The notes under the pieces: model-generated
Seen by the model: the letters and a program-made list of their open reading frames with translations, nothing else
Told to the model about the DNA's origin: nothing
Databases searched by the model: none
Shown here: positions 61,700 to 64,000 of the stretch, in pieces
Layout of the letters: every line of letters starts with the position of its first letter
How positions within the stretch are numbered: position 1 is the first letter of the stretch
Assembly: GCA_001643675.2 (NCBI GenBank)
Contig: LSRY02000003.1
Coordinates: 1,798,001-1,862,000 of the forward strand
DNA: 64,000 nucleotides
DNA from: Monocercomonoides exilis PA203
Taxonomy: Eukaryota > Protista > Preaxostyla
Direction of reading: 5' to 3'
Translations under genes and position numbers: made by a program

Positions 61700-64000
61700 T
61701 AATTGAAAAAAATTTTCAAAATTGGCACATTATTTTTGAAATCATAACTTTTTTCGGGTGTTTCTCTAACAAATAAAAACTATTATTATTTGAGAAAATA
61801 ATTTAAGTATTGACTTATTTCAACTAATTTGTCAATGTTTTATTTCTTTTTTCAACAAATTTTTGCAATAAAAATGAAAATGTTAAAACAAACCATAACA
61901 AAAAGCGTTTATTCTAAAATTATAACAAATCCATATTTCATTGAATAAGAACTCGTTTGATGAAAGGAACAAAAGTTTGTGTTTTTTTAACGATAATTCT
62001 TAGTATTTTCGCTAAATGAACAATAACACTGTTCAAAAAATGTTGAAAAAATATCAATTTTTTCAATGAATAATCAATAAATATTTTCATCTATTTCAAC
62101 TGTGTATAATTTGAACATTATCAGCAATCATCATTTTGCATAGGATTGAAAATATGACTTAATGATTTGAAGCAAAATCAATCTTTTTTATATTTTTTTC
62201 TCTAATTTCATCTTTATTAGGTTTCATCAAATTGTAGTTATTGACAATTTATTTCAAAATGAGATTAACACTTTTTCGTTGCAAGCTGATAAATATTTAA
62301 TACATTCTTGAAAGATGAAATACATAAAAGTGAACTTTATCATTTATGACTCAGATAGCATAAATTTTGGAAAGAGTTATCTTTAACAATAAGTTTGAAT
62401 TGATCTTTTTAAAAGAAGATAATTTGTTATTTTTAGGTCAAATAATTACATAAAACCATTCAAGTTGTACGTTTACGCGGATGATACATTTTTTGAAAAC
62501 AGCGCTTTTAATCTGGAACGTTCATTTTATCCTTTTATCACAGAAATGATCTACATGTTAAGAGAATCTTATGATGAAAAATCTTGAACCTGTGCGATTA
62601 AAAAAGTGAATATGTTTTGCTTTTTTTATATAAAAAACGAATAAAGGAGAATTCAAAGGTCTGAGAAAATTCTTTTGGAAAATTATAATTCGTTCAATTA
62701 TTAAATGATTCATATCTGCAATAACAAAAATTCGTTCTCAACAATTTGGCTTCTAGAACATTTGTTCATTTCAACAGAATAAGAAATGAAGAAAATCAAC
62801 AAACTTTCGTTTCTTCAAACATTCATTCTGAGCTTGAACATATCTCTATACGTTTGTATTTGAGATTCATTTTCTTTCTCTTTTTTGTTAAAAGGTTGAC
62901 TGATTTAGTTAGACTACAGGATCATTTTAAGAAATGAAGCAGAATTAGATTGAATGAGCTGTCATATCGAAGTTGAGTTTTAAATGCTAACCATTTGTGA
63001 GCAATAAGGCAAAAAGATCAAGAATAGATGAATTTGACAAAATAAATTTAACGTTTGTCAATATTCGTTTATTTCGATTGTATTTAGAAACTAAATATTT
63101 AGTTTTCTTTCAATATCGCATTGGCAGACAATTTTCAAAATTTGAAACAATTCAGCAAACGTTTTTTTGAAAATGAGAATAACGATTTTCGAAATATGAA
63201 TTTGATTCAATGATTTGAATTTTGTAAAACAAATAATATTGAATGTTTTGGATAAAAAAACAAAATAAATATCAAATGTTTGTCAAGAAACAGTTCTTTA
63301 TTAGAATTTTTATATTTTTTGAAATATGATAAAAAAAAGTTCAGACACTTCAAATATGAAATATCATTTTTCTTTCTTCAGTTTTTGAAATCAAACAGAT
63401 GAAACATAAAAAAATTATTGTTAAAAATATAAAATTTTTGTTGTTGAAAAAAAGAAAGAATATCAAAATTTTTGAATCAAAAATGAAACATATGCCGACA
63501 TATGCATTTTTCAAAAAAAATTTTAAAATATCAATAAATAAGTTGGTAAACTTAATTTTTAAAAGCATTTTGAGTGTCTGCCCTGGGAGGCCGATTCTGG
63601 ACCCAAAGCCTTCAAGAAACTGCATTGGACCGGTCACAATGCAGTTTCAGGACGGAATCGACCTTGCCCTTCATTTTGACATTAAAGTCAAAAATCTGGG
63701 TACTCCAAAACATGTGAATTAGTCCACATCATTTGGAGCTTGAGCAACAGACATATTCAAAAGCTTTTAAAAATTAATGTTCGCAACTCCGACAAACAAA
63801 GACAACCAGAAAAATAATAAAAAATCATTCAAATTGAAAACTTGTTAATTTTTTCCTTTCGTTAAATAATTTATATGTGAAATTTCCAATTTCATTTGAT
63901 CTTGAAAGGAAATTCTTTTTTTGAAAACACTTTTTTGGACGTTCATCTCGAGCTCTTGCCTCCTTGAATGTTGCTTTGAATTGACCAATCGAGTTTGGGG

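Noticed and set aside
63578-63720. ctgccctggga resembling the 13070 hAT TIR, in a small GC-rich patch
   Set aside because: Match is too short; no partner TIR, TSD or subterminal motifs within the window.

Overview
AT-rich eukaryotic (protist) genomic DNA that is almost entirely nested mobile elements and decayed host-gene fragments. GAA/TCT low-complexity tracts, the Ser-rich TKL-like kinase and the C-x-x-x-x-x-PC-x-T surface-protein fragments suggest an oxymonad such as Monocercomonoides (inference only). The most unusual feature is a ~4.5-kb element (~4679-9180) with 1006-bp inverted terminal repeats. Each repeat carries a ~240-bp imperfect terminal hairpin and an 83-aa ORF. Between them lies a single decayed AEP primase-polymerase/SF3-helicase gene, with no transposase, integrase, PolB or capsid, so it resembles an integrated linear plasmid or virus-like replicon. 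Also resolved at base level: a complete DIRS1-type tyrosine-recombinase retrotransposon (37362-41956, ITRs plus ICR); three hAT elements with 8-bp TSDs, one with an intact 862-aa transposase plus cargo; a family with 4-bp ANNT TSDs made up of three 240-bp MITEs and two 5-6.7-kb Pack-type elements carrying host gene fragments; a foldback element; a Tc1/pogo-type MITE; and decayed Merlin, hAT, Harbinger and ABCC genes.
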